From Octopus vulgaris (Eukaryota), in NCBI GenBank assembly GCA_951406725.2, contig OX597814.1:7936001-8000000 (forward strand): DNA of 64,000 bases. Reading direction: 5' to 3'. Made by a program: the position numbers and the translations under genes. Shown piece after piece: positions 51,700 through 64,000 of the stretch (its first letter is position 1; each line of letters begins with the position of its first letter). Below the pieces are notes generated by a model that was given only the letters and a program-made list of their open reading frames with translations, ran no database searches and was not told the DNA's origin.

Positions 51700-54638
51700 G
51701 AGATGTGTCGAAATGTCTGTAGAAATCTCTGAGATGATAGTGAAATTGATCATCAAAGCAATCCATCATCGACCAATAGCCAGATTATTACCTCCCACTT
51801 TGAAGTGTATGTGTTTGCTATCCAGGAAATGGAAATATCAAATATCTGATGCACAAAAGGGATAGAGATACAGGAAAAGCAGTAAAATGTGATGACTGAT
51901 GCAGGCTTTGTGGTATTAACACCAAATATATCACACACATCATAAGCAGTTGTCTGAAAATGTCATCACGGTATTATCTACCAATGAGACATGATGTTGT
52001 AGCTAGGACACTATAATGAAATCCATTCGAAGAATAATCCCCAGGACAAAGAAATAAGAGCCCACAATTTGATAGAAGCCATAGCCACTCATAATTATAA
52101 AAGGAGTACTGGTGAAAACCTCAATAAAATGTAAGCACAACAGACCTGATATAATGATTTGGGATAGAGAAGAGAAACTATGCACAGTTGTCGAAATTAA
52201 CCACCCAGCAGATGTTAACATAAAGCTGAAGGTCAGTGAAAAGAGAATACCTAAGCTGAACTATGGAGAAATCTTCAGTTACTCTATCCAGATTACGAAA
52301 TCATGTTTGTAACTGTAATTATTGGGGCCCTGAGATATATAACACACTACCTAAATACCAATCTTGAGAAATTAGGCTTCTCAAAACCAGAAAGGAGAAA
52401 GCTGATTCGGAGACTACAGATCCAGTCCAACACTGGAACTGTAAAACTTTCCAGAAGTTTATCCTTTGAATATCTATGAGCATGTCTAGGTATGTAACTA
52501 CATGCATGAGAATACATAGCTGTACTGTCTGAAATAAGAAAACAACACAGAAATCTTGTGACAGTATGGCTTGTCTATAAGAAGGCATTCAACTCTATCC
52601 CTCATTCATGGCTGTTGAAGTGCCTACACCTGGCAAAAGTACCTTCCACTCTAATTGTGAGTCTCTGTAGAGAGACTCACAAAGACATGGACAACAGTTC
52701 TCACCCTTCCAACAGAGAACACAATAATTATTTCTGATAGTAAAGGCATTTCAAAGGGAATATTCCAGGGAGATGGTCTTTCTGTACTTCTTTTCCTTTT
52801 GCAACTGAATCCATAATCGTTCCTACTGCAGAAAACAAATGGCTACATGCTAGGATCTTCAACTGCTAGAAGTATCAATGAAACTCATAATTTCTTTGTA
52901 GACAACATCAAGATCTATGCTAAAAGCATTGACAATGCCAAAATACAAACTGGAATTAGTAACAACATTTTCAGCGGATATAGGCATGGAATTTGGCCAA
53001 CAGAAATGTTTGTATTTGGTCATAGAACGAGGAAAGTCAGTTCCCCAAACCCCAAACCTGTGCATCAACAGTCTCTCTATCTCCCCCATTCCACACAAAG
53101 AATGTTACAAATACCTAGGGCACATATATGAAAGCACTGAGAATAAAAATAGAGTGACCTGAGAATGTTACACCAGACTTAGGACAATATGGCAGTCAGA
53201 ACTCTCCTCTAGCAACAAAACAATATCCCACAATGCATTTGCAATACCAGTGCTGACCCCCAACATTTGGGATACTTGATTGGTCTGCAGAGGAAATCCA
53301 CTCCATACATATTAAAACCTGCAAAATCCTGACACCGACTGGGAACTTCCAAAGAAACAGTGATGTGGACAGACTCTACCTAAGAAGAAATGAAGGTGGT
53401 GGAGGCCTGAAATCAGTGCAGACGGCCTTTGAGTGAAGACCACTACATCACATCATGCTTTGAAGGCTACGTGTTTGCAATCCAGAAAGAGGAGATTGCC
53501 CCAAAGTACCTGGTGAACAAGAGAGACAGTGATGCTCTTGTCATCCCAAAGTGCAACCGCATGTGTAGGCTATGTCATGTTTCAGTGGAAGACATCATGC
53601 ATGTGATTAGCAGCTGTCTTAAAATGTCTTCATGGTACTACCTCCCTATGCGGCACGATGTTGTAGCTAAAACAATTTACAATGCCATCTGCAAAGAAAA
53701 AAAAAAAACTGTCTTGAAATAAACTTAGAAAATTCCTCTGTTATGAAATATTCCCATCAAAACTTCTGTCAAATGTAAACATAGCAGGTCAGATTTTGTT
53801 GCTTGGGACAGAGGGGCAAAGGTATGTACTGTCATAAAGGTTAGCTGCCCTGAAGATATAAATATCTTTTTGAAAATCAAAGGACAAGAGGACAAACCTC
53901 CAGATCCATACTATGAATTCATATTCATACCAACAATACATCCCAAAGATGGAACCCTGTATCTTTGTTGAAAACCAGCTCCCACCTCAGTAGAAGATTT
54001 ATAATGATTAAAGAATTGAAGAGATATACATACATAGATATGTCAGTAGAAAGCTCCGTGATGATAGTAACATTGATCATCAAAGCAGTTTATTATGGAC
54101 CAACAACCGGATTAAAACCTCCCACTTTGAAGGGTATGCTTTTGCAATCCAGGAACAAGAAATATCAACCAAGTACCTGATGCACAAAAGGGATAGAGAT
54201 GCAGGAAAAACCAAGTGATGCAGATTTTGTGGAGTTCACACTGAAGATATCATCTACATCATAAGTTGTCTGAAAATGTTATCATGGTATTATGTGCCAA
54301 TGAGACATGATGTTGTAGCTAGGACACTCTATAATGAAAGCCATCAGTCTAAGAAGTAAGAGCCAACAGTATGGAAGAAGCCATAGCCACTCATAATAAA
54401 AAAGAATACTGATGGAATGTTCTGGTGAAAACCTCAATAAAATGTAAACATGACAGACCTGATATAATGATTTGGGATAGAGAAGAGAAACTGTGCACAG
54501 TTGTAGAAATCAGCTACACAGCGGACATTTACATAAAACTGAAGATCAGTGAAAAAGAGGATATTTACACTGGACTATTGAGAAATCTGTAGTTACTCTA
54601 TCTGATTACAAGTTCAGGTTTATACCTGTAATTATTGG
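51700..54638 (+). mobile_element. Several decayed R4/Dong-like RLE LINE fragments
   Basis: KHNRPDIMIWDREEKLCTVVEI, GIFQGD, FEGYVFAIQ, MRHDVVAK; 51700-52360 resembles 54030-54638, which resumes at about 55570. Confidence 0.75.
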
Positions 54639-54717
54639 TTACCTATAAATGCTTATCAATATAGGATTCCATTATTCTATATTATCAAATTATTTTATAT
54701 TATCTATACTTTGATAA

Positions 54718-55018
54718 TCTTTATATATAAAAGAGAGGTTGTGTGCTGTCTGTCTCCTACGATTTAGATTCCTAACTACTCCCACATTTTGCGGTGCAGT
54801 TTAACCAAAACCAGGTATCTTATAGTCGTGATTCATATCGAGCCCTTCTGGGTATTAGCGTGCATCTACGATGAGTCTACGATTTAAAAAAAAATTTACC
54901 ATCATTTCTTCCCATTTTTAATGCATCTTTTGCTATTATATAAGGGAAGTAACTCTCTAAAAATGCTTATATAGTTATTTCCTTTACAAACCCGAGCAAT
55001 GCCGGGCGATACTGCTAG
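54718..55018 (+). mobile_element. Short non-autonomous Helitron (301 bp)
   Basis: A|TCtttatatataaaag ... cccgagcaatgccgggcgatactgCTAG|T. Confidence 0.88.
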
Positions 55019-55623
55019 TATAGAATAATGGAATCCTATATTTGGAATACAATACATGGTGGATTTTACACATAACTATTATGGATTATTACAGAAGGCT
55101 AACCAAGGAAGTATATATGGATTTAAAGACTCTCATACTAAAGTGTATTTATGTATTTAACAAAATCAAAAGCAGCAATTTTTAATTTTAATTTATGTTT
55201 CAAACAAACAGCATTTTATAGTATTACTTCAAATTTGTAAAAAACTACCATTCGATATGTTATACAGAATTCTAATTTTATATCTCTGAAGAGCAGAAGA
55301 GTTGTCTATAAATGCTTATCAATATAGGATTTCATTATAGGGACAACACTTCTGTGAAACGATCGTAAGGTGCTTTAAATACTTAATTCAAAACTTGTGA
55401 ACTGTCACATACATTAAATATTTATACTTATATATATTTACATATATATTTATACATATTTATATTTCTAATACAACAATTATTTTACACATGTATATAT
55501 ATCTTTCTGAAGAATTTTCTAATATGGATTTCCTGATATTAATAATAATATATTATAATATATATATATCATTGGGACCCTGGGATATGTAACACACTAT
55601 CTAAATACCAATCTTGAGAGATT

Positions 55624-57820
55624 ATCATCATGATCATCATCATCATCATTTAACGTCCACTTTCCATACTGGCATGGGTTGGATGGTTTGACTGAGGTCT
55701 GGAGAGCCAGCGACTGCACCCAGTTCCAATCTGATTTGGCAATGTTTCTACAGCTGGATGCCCTTCCTAATACCAACCACTCTGTGAGTGTAGTGGGTGC
55801 TTTTCACATGTCACCGGCACAAGAGCCATTCAGCAGGTACTGACATTAGTAACGATTGGTTGATGCCTTTTGCATGGGGGGCAGTTATTCGGACCTGGCA
55901 TCGACAACGTTTGGATGGTGCTTTTTACGTGCCACTGGCACGGGAGCCAGTTAGGCCAACCTGGAATCGACCAACTTTGGATGGTCCTTTATATGCTACT
56001 TGCATGGGAGCCAGCCAGGGGCACCAGCCCTAGCTATATTGCTTTTACTTGGCTCAACAGGTCTTCTCAAGCATATCATATCTCCCGATGCATCAGGGGT
56101 ATTCTTAACAGGGCTGGGCATGTGTGGTTGCAATCTCACTTTAGTTGCCGGGTCTCCTCAATCACAACACACCTCCAAAGGTCCCAGTCTCCTGTCATTG
56201 CCTGTGAGGCTTAATGTTTGAAAGTCATGCTTTATCGCCTCATCCCATGTCTTCCTGGGTCTACCTCTTCCACATATTCCTTCCACAGCTGTCTTCATTC
56301 ATACATAATATATAGCCATACCAGCACAGTCGTCTCTCTTGTACACCACATTTGAAGCTTCTTATGCCCAAATTTCCTCTCAAGGTGCTTATACTCTGTC
56401 GTGTATACACACTGATATTACACATAAAGCTATTCTTACTCTAGTCGCTACACTCTCAAAGCAAACACCTCTACTACAGACTTGATCACCTAGGTAGCAG
56501 AAGCTATTAACTACTTCTAGTTTCTTCCGCTGGCAGGCGATGGAATCTGCTTTCTGTACATCTTCAGTGTTTATTGCCCCTGTGCATCTGCCACACACAA
56601 AAACTATTTTCCCAGTTAACCTTCTATATTTCCACACCTTTTATGTGTTCATAGCTTACACTAGGTACATTGTATGGAGTTTCTACTCACCTTTTCTACA
56701 GATAAAGCAGGGTCATCTACCCAAAGGGGTTTGTGATTTGACAGCCTTCCTGCTTACTAAGACTTTGGTTTTTGCTAGGTTAACCCTAAGGCTCTCTGAT
56801 TCTAGATGTTGCTTCCACGCCCTAAACTTCGTCTCCAGTTCTGGCAGTGACTCAGCGATTAGAGCAAGGTCATCAGCATAGAGGAGCTCCCAGGGGCAGC
56901 TTGTTTTGAATTCCTCTGTTTTGCCTGGAGGAGTATGATGAATAAGAGGGGACTGAGGGCTGATCCTTGGTGAACCCCTACTTCTATTCAAAATTCTTCT
57001 CTATACTCATTGCCAACCCTCACCTTACTGACACCATCCCTGTACAGGGCTTGTACAGCCCTTACCAACCACTTGTCTATCCCCATTTTCCACAATGATC
57101 ACCAGAGAAGGGAACAGGGGACCCTGTCAAAGGCTTTTTTCATGTCAATGAAAGCCAAGTTTTGAAGTTCATCTTTGGTTAGATATTTCTCCTGCAGTTG
57201 CCTTACCAGAAATATAGCATCAGTGGTGTTTCTGCCTGGCACAAAACCAAACTGCTTCTCATCTAGACTAACTCTCTCGCTAATCAGTTGGGCTATGACC
57301 CTCTCTGTAACTTTCATCACCTGATCCAATAATTTGATACCACTGTAGTTATTTCTAGCAAAAGCATCACTTTTCCCCTTGTAGCAGTTGACTATGATGC
57401 TCCTACACCAGTCATTGGGTATGACTCCTTCATGAACTACATGATTTACGATGTGGGTGACAAGACCTTAACCCACATCACCCGATATCAGTAGTGATAC
57501 CTGATGGGCCGGGGGCTTTTCCTGTCTCCATATCCTTAATTGCGTTATCTACCAGGGTACTATCGATTCAGGTAGCTGGTCCCTCTACTGGGTCAACCTT
57601 TGACAGACTCTCTTCCTCCCATTCATTCTCCACATTCAGCAGTCTTTCATAATGACATCTCCAAGCCTCTTTCTTTGCAGAATCATTAAACACAAGGACA
57701 CCATCATCCATGCAGAAACATTTCTCTCCAATGACATCACAGTTTTCTCTCACATACTGTCTTGCAATCCGAAATACTTCAGTTCTTTAGTCCTCACCTT
57801 GCTGAACATTGGCAAACTTC
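55624..57820 (-). mobile_element. Decayed RTE LINE copy
   Basis: (CAT)n tail, 3' UTR, CPWELLYADD, QFGFVPG. Confidence 0.88.
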
Positions 57821-57824
57821 ATTT

Positions 57825-58720
57825 CTGCATCAGCAACCATATATGGGTCTCAGAGCAACTTCCAGATGACTGGATCGAGAGCATCATCCTCCGCTTCCAG
57901 AAAAAAAAAAAAGAATGGCCACAAACTCATCAGCAGAGTCATCACTCTCTTCTCCATCTCAAGCAAGCTCTTCACCAGGATCCTCCTCAGCCATGCTTGT
58001 CCTGCCATTAGAAGTAGATGCTGCCTACATGAAGCCAGATTCATGCCAAATCGATTTACCACCTACTGTACTTTTGCCTTTGTCTCATCAGTGAAAGATC
58101 TCGGTAGTTCTGCAAAGATTTGCCACATCTACATCACCATCATCAACCACATATTCCACTGGAAAATTCTCAAGCTTGTTGGTACACTTCTCAAGATCAC
58201 CGCCCTGTTCCAATGGCTCTATTGCAGTTCGGAGAGATGCATGTGGGTGAATGTGAAAGACTCTGACTTGTCAAAGAGGACAGCATGGTCACTCTTGACT
58301 TCTTTGACTGTATCATTATTTATCTGATGATCAAGGTCTTTGAGTGGGTCTCTGGCATTACTCTATGGAGCAGAAGTGAGGCCCCTCTTGAAGACTCGGG
58401 CAAAGAGGATTGATGGCTTCAGAAGCAGAACCCTGAGAACCAATGAGAACACCAGATGTTACCTGCATGTTTCCAACAAAGACTTGCATGCACTGTACAG
58501 GCATGTCCTCCACCTCCTATTAGATCATCCTACCAAAGTTTAACTCCCATTCAATGCAAGAGCTGCAGGCTGGAAAGGTCTGTGGCAGACCCTGTACCAA
58601 ATAGCTGAATGTGGTTAAAGAAAATCTCCAGTGACTCCATGTTACCTTGGAAGATGTACAGTGGGGCTGGCACAGGACCACCATCAATGGGGGTGGGGAG
58701 TACTAATGAACCTGGTTGGC
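57825..58720 (+). mobile_element. Highly decayed RTE-like LINE fragment
   Basis: LPDDW, ITLFSISSKLF and LLYGAE remnants. Confidence 0.5.
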
Positions 58721-59301
58721 TCTACATATGATGATGTTCCTGGGGTCAATAATCTGGGATGACCTCAGCCCCATCATACAAGATCACGAAGGGCAAGCAA
58801 TTTTTGCAACGAGAATTCCAAGAAAGATGGTGAAAGTAATGACAATAGTGTTCTGTATCCTAATAATACCCAGTATTAAACCACTAAGAGGGTGGCTGTT
58901 GTCTGGTAATTTTACTCAAAAATGGTAAGCATGAATACTCCACTGGTGTTTTCGCCAATTTTGTCTGATAACAAGCATTTAATCTGTACCAGATGGGTTC
59001 TGTCTGATCATGTGAACAAGGCTTTGGTAAGAAGGAAGAAATTTTTCATCTTAAAATCATATTTCCAAAATCAGAGGGCAATGTCTACCATGCCATAAAT
59101 AAGTTTATGTTTTATTTTTTTAAATACAATATAGAATATTAAGTTTTAACAAGATTTGAACTTGCAGCCTTTATTTTATTTTAAGCAATAATTATTTCTG
59201 ATGTAAAAAAGAAAAGATCGAAAATGTTAACATAACATGATGATACAGTGCAAATAATTCACAAAATTTTATGTTCAATAGTTTTAGTGTTACAAATTTG
59301 A

Positions 59302-59622
59302 CCCCCTTTGCTCATAAATGACCATGGGACTGCACTTAGAAAGTTCTCCTCCAATGCACAAATCTGAGCAAGACTGCTTACGAAAGACCAGCAGTCACCC
59401 ATCAATACCAGCCTCCCTCTTCCATGCCACTAATGTTATCCAAGAGAAAAGCAAAGGTTGACACAGCTTGGCACCAGTGACATTGCGAATCATTTCTACA
59501 GCTGAATGAACTGGAGCAACATGAAATAAAATGTTTTGCTGAAGAATACAACACACAGCCCAGTCCAGGAATTGAACTCACTATCTCATGTTTGGGGGCC
59601 CAATGTTCTAACCACTGAGCCA
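59302..59622 (-). mobile_element. tRNA-derived SINE with 12-bp TSD
   Basis: TGGCTCAGTGG and GAGTTCAATTCC boxes; TSD ttacaaatttga at 59290-59301 and 59623-59634. Confidence 0.85.
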
Positions 59623-59661
59623 TTACAAATTTGAATAGTTTTAGTGTTAAAAATCTGAATA

Positions 59662-60517
59662 TGAGGTGTAGTCAAAAAATATCCAATCTTTGGCCAAAAA
59701 ACAAGTATTATTAAAAGATTCACCATTTTGATTTCGTCCCCTTCAAAGTATTTGCCTTGGGAGTCTACATACTTCAGCCAGTGTTCCTGTTATTGCTGGA
59801 AACATTTATGGAAACCACTTTTGAGGATTCTGTAGAGCTGTGATGTTTTTTTTTTTTTGTTTAATGTCTTCTGTTGACTCAAATCTTCCCTCTTTGAATG
59901 TTATTTTGAGCGTTGGGAACAGCGAAAAGTCACACAGAGCCAAGTCTGGGAAGTAGGAAGCCTGATGAACAAGTGGTGTGTTTTGCTTGATGCTTGGACG
60001 ATGTAGGTAGAAGGAGTGGGTGCATTGTCATGTTGGAGTTGTCAGTTCTTTGCTGACCACAGGTCGGGTTGTTTTTGTCACACAGTTTCACAAAGGTGAT
60101 GAAGAATACCCAGGTAGTATTCTTTGTTAATTGTCTGACCTTGTGGTGCATATTCATGGCTCACTGTCCACTGAGGTGCAGCCATCTTTGAACTGGCTGT
60201 ACCATTCCTTCATTTGTGTTTTTCCCCTGGCATCATCTCCAAACACCTTCTGAATCTTCTCGATAGTCTAGGCTTGCGTATCACCAAGTTTTGGGCAGAA
60301 TTTGATTGAGTATCTTTGCTCAATGCTCTCAGTCATCTTCACTCAAAAAAGGAAAGTCACACAGCACACTCTCCACGTCTGTACTCAATGTGTCACTGCA
60401 GGCATAAAAGTTTTTGCACATGCTCATGAAGGACATGGTTACTTAACCATATGGATTTTGCTCACACATAATTATTTTGTGCAAAAACAATCAAGGTCAG
60501 ATACTATTGATTACATG
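59662..60517 (-). mobile_element. Decayed Tc1/mariner transposon
   Basis: HDNAP, PDLALCDF and KYVDSQGKYFEG remnants; TA on both sides; degenerate TIRs. Confidence 0.8.
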
Positions 60518-60595
60518 TAGTTTTAGTGTGACAAGTCTGCATAGTTTCAGCGTATACAAATTTGAATAGTTTTAGTGTTACGAAAGACTTCATTT

Positions 60596-60861
60596 TCAAA
60601 CAGAGAATGTAATCAAATAATTAGGATATGCCTGAAAGTCATGGAAAACAACATAAATCCTGGGTCTTTGAATATCATCAACAGCAGAATTGTAAGAATC
60701 CTGTAAAACTTTTAATCTCCGGTGTCCTTGCATCATTCTTCCCACAAGAACACTGCATTTGTATATTCTCTTTGTTTTGTTAGCATCAGGAACAGAATAT
60801 TTATCATTTGCAGAATAATGGATGCGTCTGGCAAAATAAACTCCATTCCCAAATGCGGTGG
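60596..60861 (-). CDS. Last coding exon of a PARP-family mono-ADP-ribosyltransferase (PARP14/15/10-like catalytic C-terminus)
   Basis: TAFGNGVYFA..YS..VLVG..G..YNSAVD..P.IYVVFHDFQAYPNYLITF-stop; polypyrimidine tract and AG acceptor at 60862-60863 (phase 1). Confidence 0.9.
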
Positions 60862-61079
60862 CTAAAAATAAAGAAAGAAAAAAAGATAAATATATAAGCA
60901 AAGTAGCTAGTTGTAAAATCTCAATAAAGGGTGAGAGTAGTAACTACAAGTAAAGTTATATACAGGGTACAGGCTGCACTTATAACCAGCTGGCAGATCT
61001 ACCTAGGGTTAAAACAGTAGTAACACTGAATATTCAGTTTCTGGTTATTTTCTCTTATTCCTTTCTGTTGAAGAGTGTA

Positions 61080-63165
61080 GGCTCAAAATGTCCAAATTCA
61101 TCAACATCATCGTCATCATTTAATGTCCGTTGTCCATGCTGGCATGAGTCAGATGGTTTGACCAGGGCTGGCATGGTGGAAGGCTGCACCAGACTCCAGT
61201 CTGATTTGGCATGGTTTTTACTGCTGGACACCCTTCCTAACACTAACTACTCCGAAAGTGTAATGGGTGTTTTTTCAAGTCATCAACACGGGTGCCATTT
61301 GCATGACACCAGTATCTGCAAACACTGGTTTTATCTGGCTTGATGGGTCTTCTTCTCAAGTGCAACATAATGCCAAAGGTGTCAGTCATTGCTTCTGTGA
61401 GGCCCAACACTTGGAAGGTGCTTTTGTGCCACCAGCATGGGTGCCATTTGTGTGACACTTGTATCTGCCACAACTGCGATTTCACTTGGCTTGATGAGTC
61501 TTCTTCTCAAGCACATCATAAGGACAAAGGTCTTTCATCACTGCCTCTGTGAGGCCCAACACTGGAAAGAAGCTTTTCACATGCCAAAGGTGCTCTTTGT
61601 GTGCCACTAGCATGGGTGCCACCTGCATGGGTGCCAGTTACATGACACCAGCATCAGCCACAACTGATTTCACTTGGCTTGACAGGTCTTCTCAAACACA
61701 GCCTTTTGCCAAAGCTCTCAGTCACTAGTCATTGCTTCTGTAAGGCCCAAAGTTTGAAGATCATGCTTCACCATCTCATCCCATGTCATCTTGGGGTCTA
61801 CTTCTATTACAGGTTCCCTCCACAGTTAGAGATCGGCACTTCTTTACATGGCTGTCCTCGTCCAAACACATCACATGACCATACCAGTGCATTCATCTCT
61901 CTTGTACATCACATCTGATGCCTCTTATGCCTAACTTTTCTCTCAAGATGTTTACATACTGTCGAACATGCACACTGACTTTGCACATCCAGTGCAATGT
62001 CATCAAGCCCACACATTTCCTTGGATGTCACAGCCCATGTTTCACTGCCATGTAGCATAGCTGTTCATACACTGACATCATACAATCTGCCTTTCACTGT
62101 GAGGGAGAGGCCTTTTGTTGTGAGCAGGGATAGGAGTTCTCTGAACTTTGTCCATCCTAATGTTATTCTCAGAGTATCTATTTTTGCTACTAACTTGGTC
62201 ACCTAGGTAACAGAAGCAATCTGCTACCTCTAGCTTACTTCCATGGCAATTGATGGAGTCTTTTCTGTACGTTTTCAGTGTTTATTATATCTGTGCATCT
62301 TCCACATACAAAAGCTGTTTTACCTGTTAATCTTCCTCTGATATTGCTGCACCTTTTATGTGTCTAAAGGTTTGTGCTAGATTAACTCTTATGGCCCTTT
62401 GATTCTAGATCTTGCTTCTATACCTGGAACTTCTGTAGTTCTGGTAGTGATTCAGCTATAAGAGCAAGGTCATCGGCATAGAGGAGTTACCAGGGACAGC
62501 CTGTGTTTAATTCCTCTGATATTGCCTGGAGGACTATGAGGAACAAGAGAAAGCTTAGGATAAATCCTTGGTGGACCCCTACTTGTACCCTGAATTCTTC
62601 ACCATACTCGTTGCCCACCTTCACCTTACTGGTAGCATCTCTGTACATGGTTTATACAACTCTCACCAACCACTCATCTATTCCTAGTTTCTGCATTGAC
62701 CACCAGATAACAGATCGGGGGACTCTGTCAAAGGCTTTCTCCAAGTCAACAAAAACCAAGTACAGAGGTATTTGGCTAGGTATTCCTCCTGCAGTTGCCT
62801 TACCAGAAATATAGCATCTGTGGTGCTTCTGCCTGGCACAAAACCAAACTGCATCTCATCTAGACAAACTCTCTCCATGATTAGTTGGGTTATAACTCTC
62901 TCCACAACTTTCATCACTTGATCAAGTAATTTGATACCTCTGTAATTATTTCTATCTAAAGCATCACTTCTAACTTAGTAGCAGTTGACTATGGTGCTGC
63001 TACAGCAGTCTTTGGGTATGACTCCTTCATGAACCACCTGATTTACAATATGGGTGACTTGACCATAACCTACACCACCAGATGTTTGAAGCATCTCTGC
63101 AGTGATTCCTGAAGGGCTGGGGGGCTTTCCCTGTCTTCATGTCTTTAATTGCTTTATCTACCAAG
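61080..63165 (-). mobile_element. Decayed RTE LINE copy (in the PARP intron)
   Basis: Tail, 3' UTR, LYADD and CLDEMQFGFVPG. Confidence 0.88.
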
Positions 63166-63821
63166 AGATATATGTTGATCAGATCCCTTTAAACAACCAA
63201 GTGGCAACATGTAAGCAGAAAATGTTTATAATATTTCCATTCTGTAAACTATACAACACAAGTAAACTTGAGAGAAAAGTCAGAGAAAAGAATTCTATTG
63301 ATAAATTCGAACCTGTTTTAAATGGACAGTTATAGTAATGGTGATAATTATAATGATGATGCTGATAATAATAATAAATAGTACTGCTGCAGCCACTGAC
63401 ACCACCACTACCACCTCTAACAACAACAAAAAAAAAAAAGGTGATGATTAGGATGGTAGTAGCACTGAGCATATGACCATAGACTAAATTGAAATGTAAA
63501 TATTTCTGGAATAATAACAAAAGAATTCAATGAAAACAAGAATGTTGTTTACAACATTCCAAAATATAGCCAAACAATTATTCCTTTAGGTGCAGTCAAA
63601 GTAAAGAATCTTTGATGTGCCCACCAAGCTGTGACATCTAAGCCACATACTGATTGGTCAAAATACTATTAGAATGTAGTTGGTGCACCCACCAAACCGT
63701 GACATTGAAGCCACATGCTGATTGGTCATAATACAGCTCATAAGATTCAACCTGCTGCAGCCTTTTGCTGGGTATTTAAGAGATAAATCTAAGCATTTCA
63801 CTAGAGATGTCAATTGTGGAA

Positions 63822-64000
63822 CATGCCTTAGACACAAATAATTACAGAGGCATCGGATTGCTGGATCAAATGGTGAAAGTCACAGAAAGTGTCACACCTC
63901 AATTAATCAGGAAGAGAGTTAGCATAGATGAAATACAGTTTGGATTTGTGCCAGGAAAGAGCACGACTGATGCCATATTCCTGGTTAGGCAACTGCAGGA
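63822..64000 (+). mobile_element. RTE LINE fragment running off the window end
   Basis: ALDTNNYRGIGLLDQMVKVTE..QFGFVPG. Confidence 0.85.

Noticed and set aside
63618-63730. ~45-bp imperfect direct repeat (also a 19-bp pair at 39850 and 39882)
   Set aside because: Only two copies each; consistent with ordinary local slippage.

Overview
AT-rich eukaryotic DNA saturated with transposable elements. The SINE/RTE repertoire suggests an octopus or other cephalopod (inference). The only host gene seen is the last coding exon of a mono-ADP-ribosyltransferase (PARP14/15-like) on the minus strand at 60596-60861. The rest of the window contains about 7 copies of one RTE LINE family (one near full-length), CR1, R4/Dong-like and Hero-like LINEs, nested Gypsy relics, a Penelope-like element (PLE) with a 12-bp TSD, non-autonomous Helitrons, TIR elements, tRNA-SINEs and recent local duplications. 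Most notable: (1) the PLE terminal repeat combines a 73-nt tRNA-like cloverleaf, an (AAT)n tract and a minimal hammerhead ribozyme; (2) an apparent 69-bp satellite is better explained as a decayed array of 23-aa STPR-like repeats split by an LTR element; (3) an alternating hairpin array in the RTE 3' UTR; (4) a Helitron inserted into a perfect 32-bp hairpin. All coordinates and identity estimates were read by eye.
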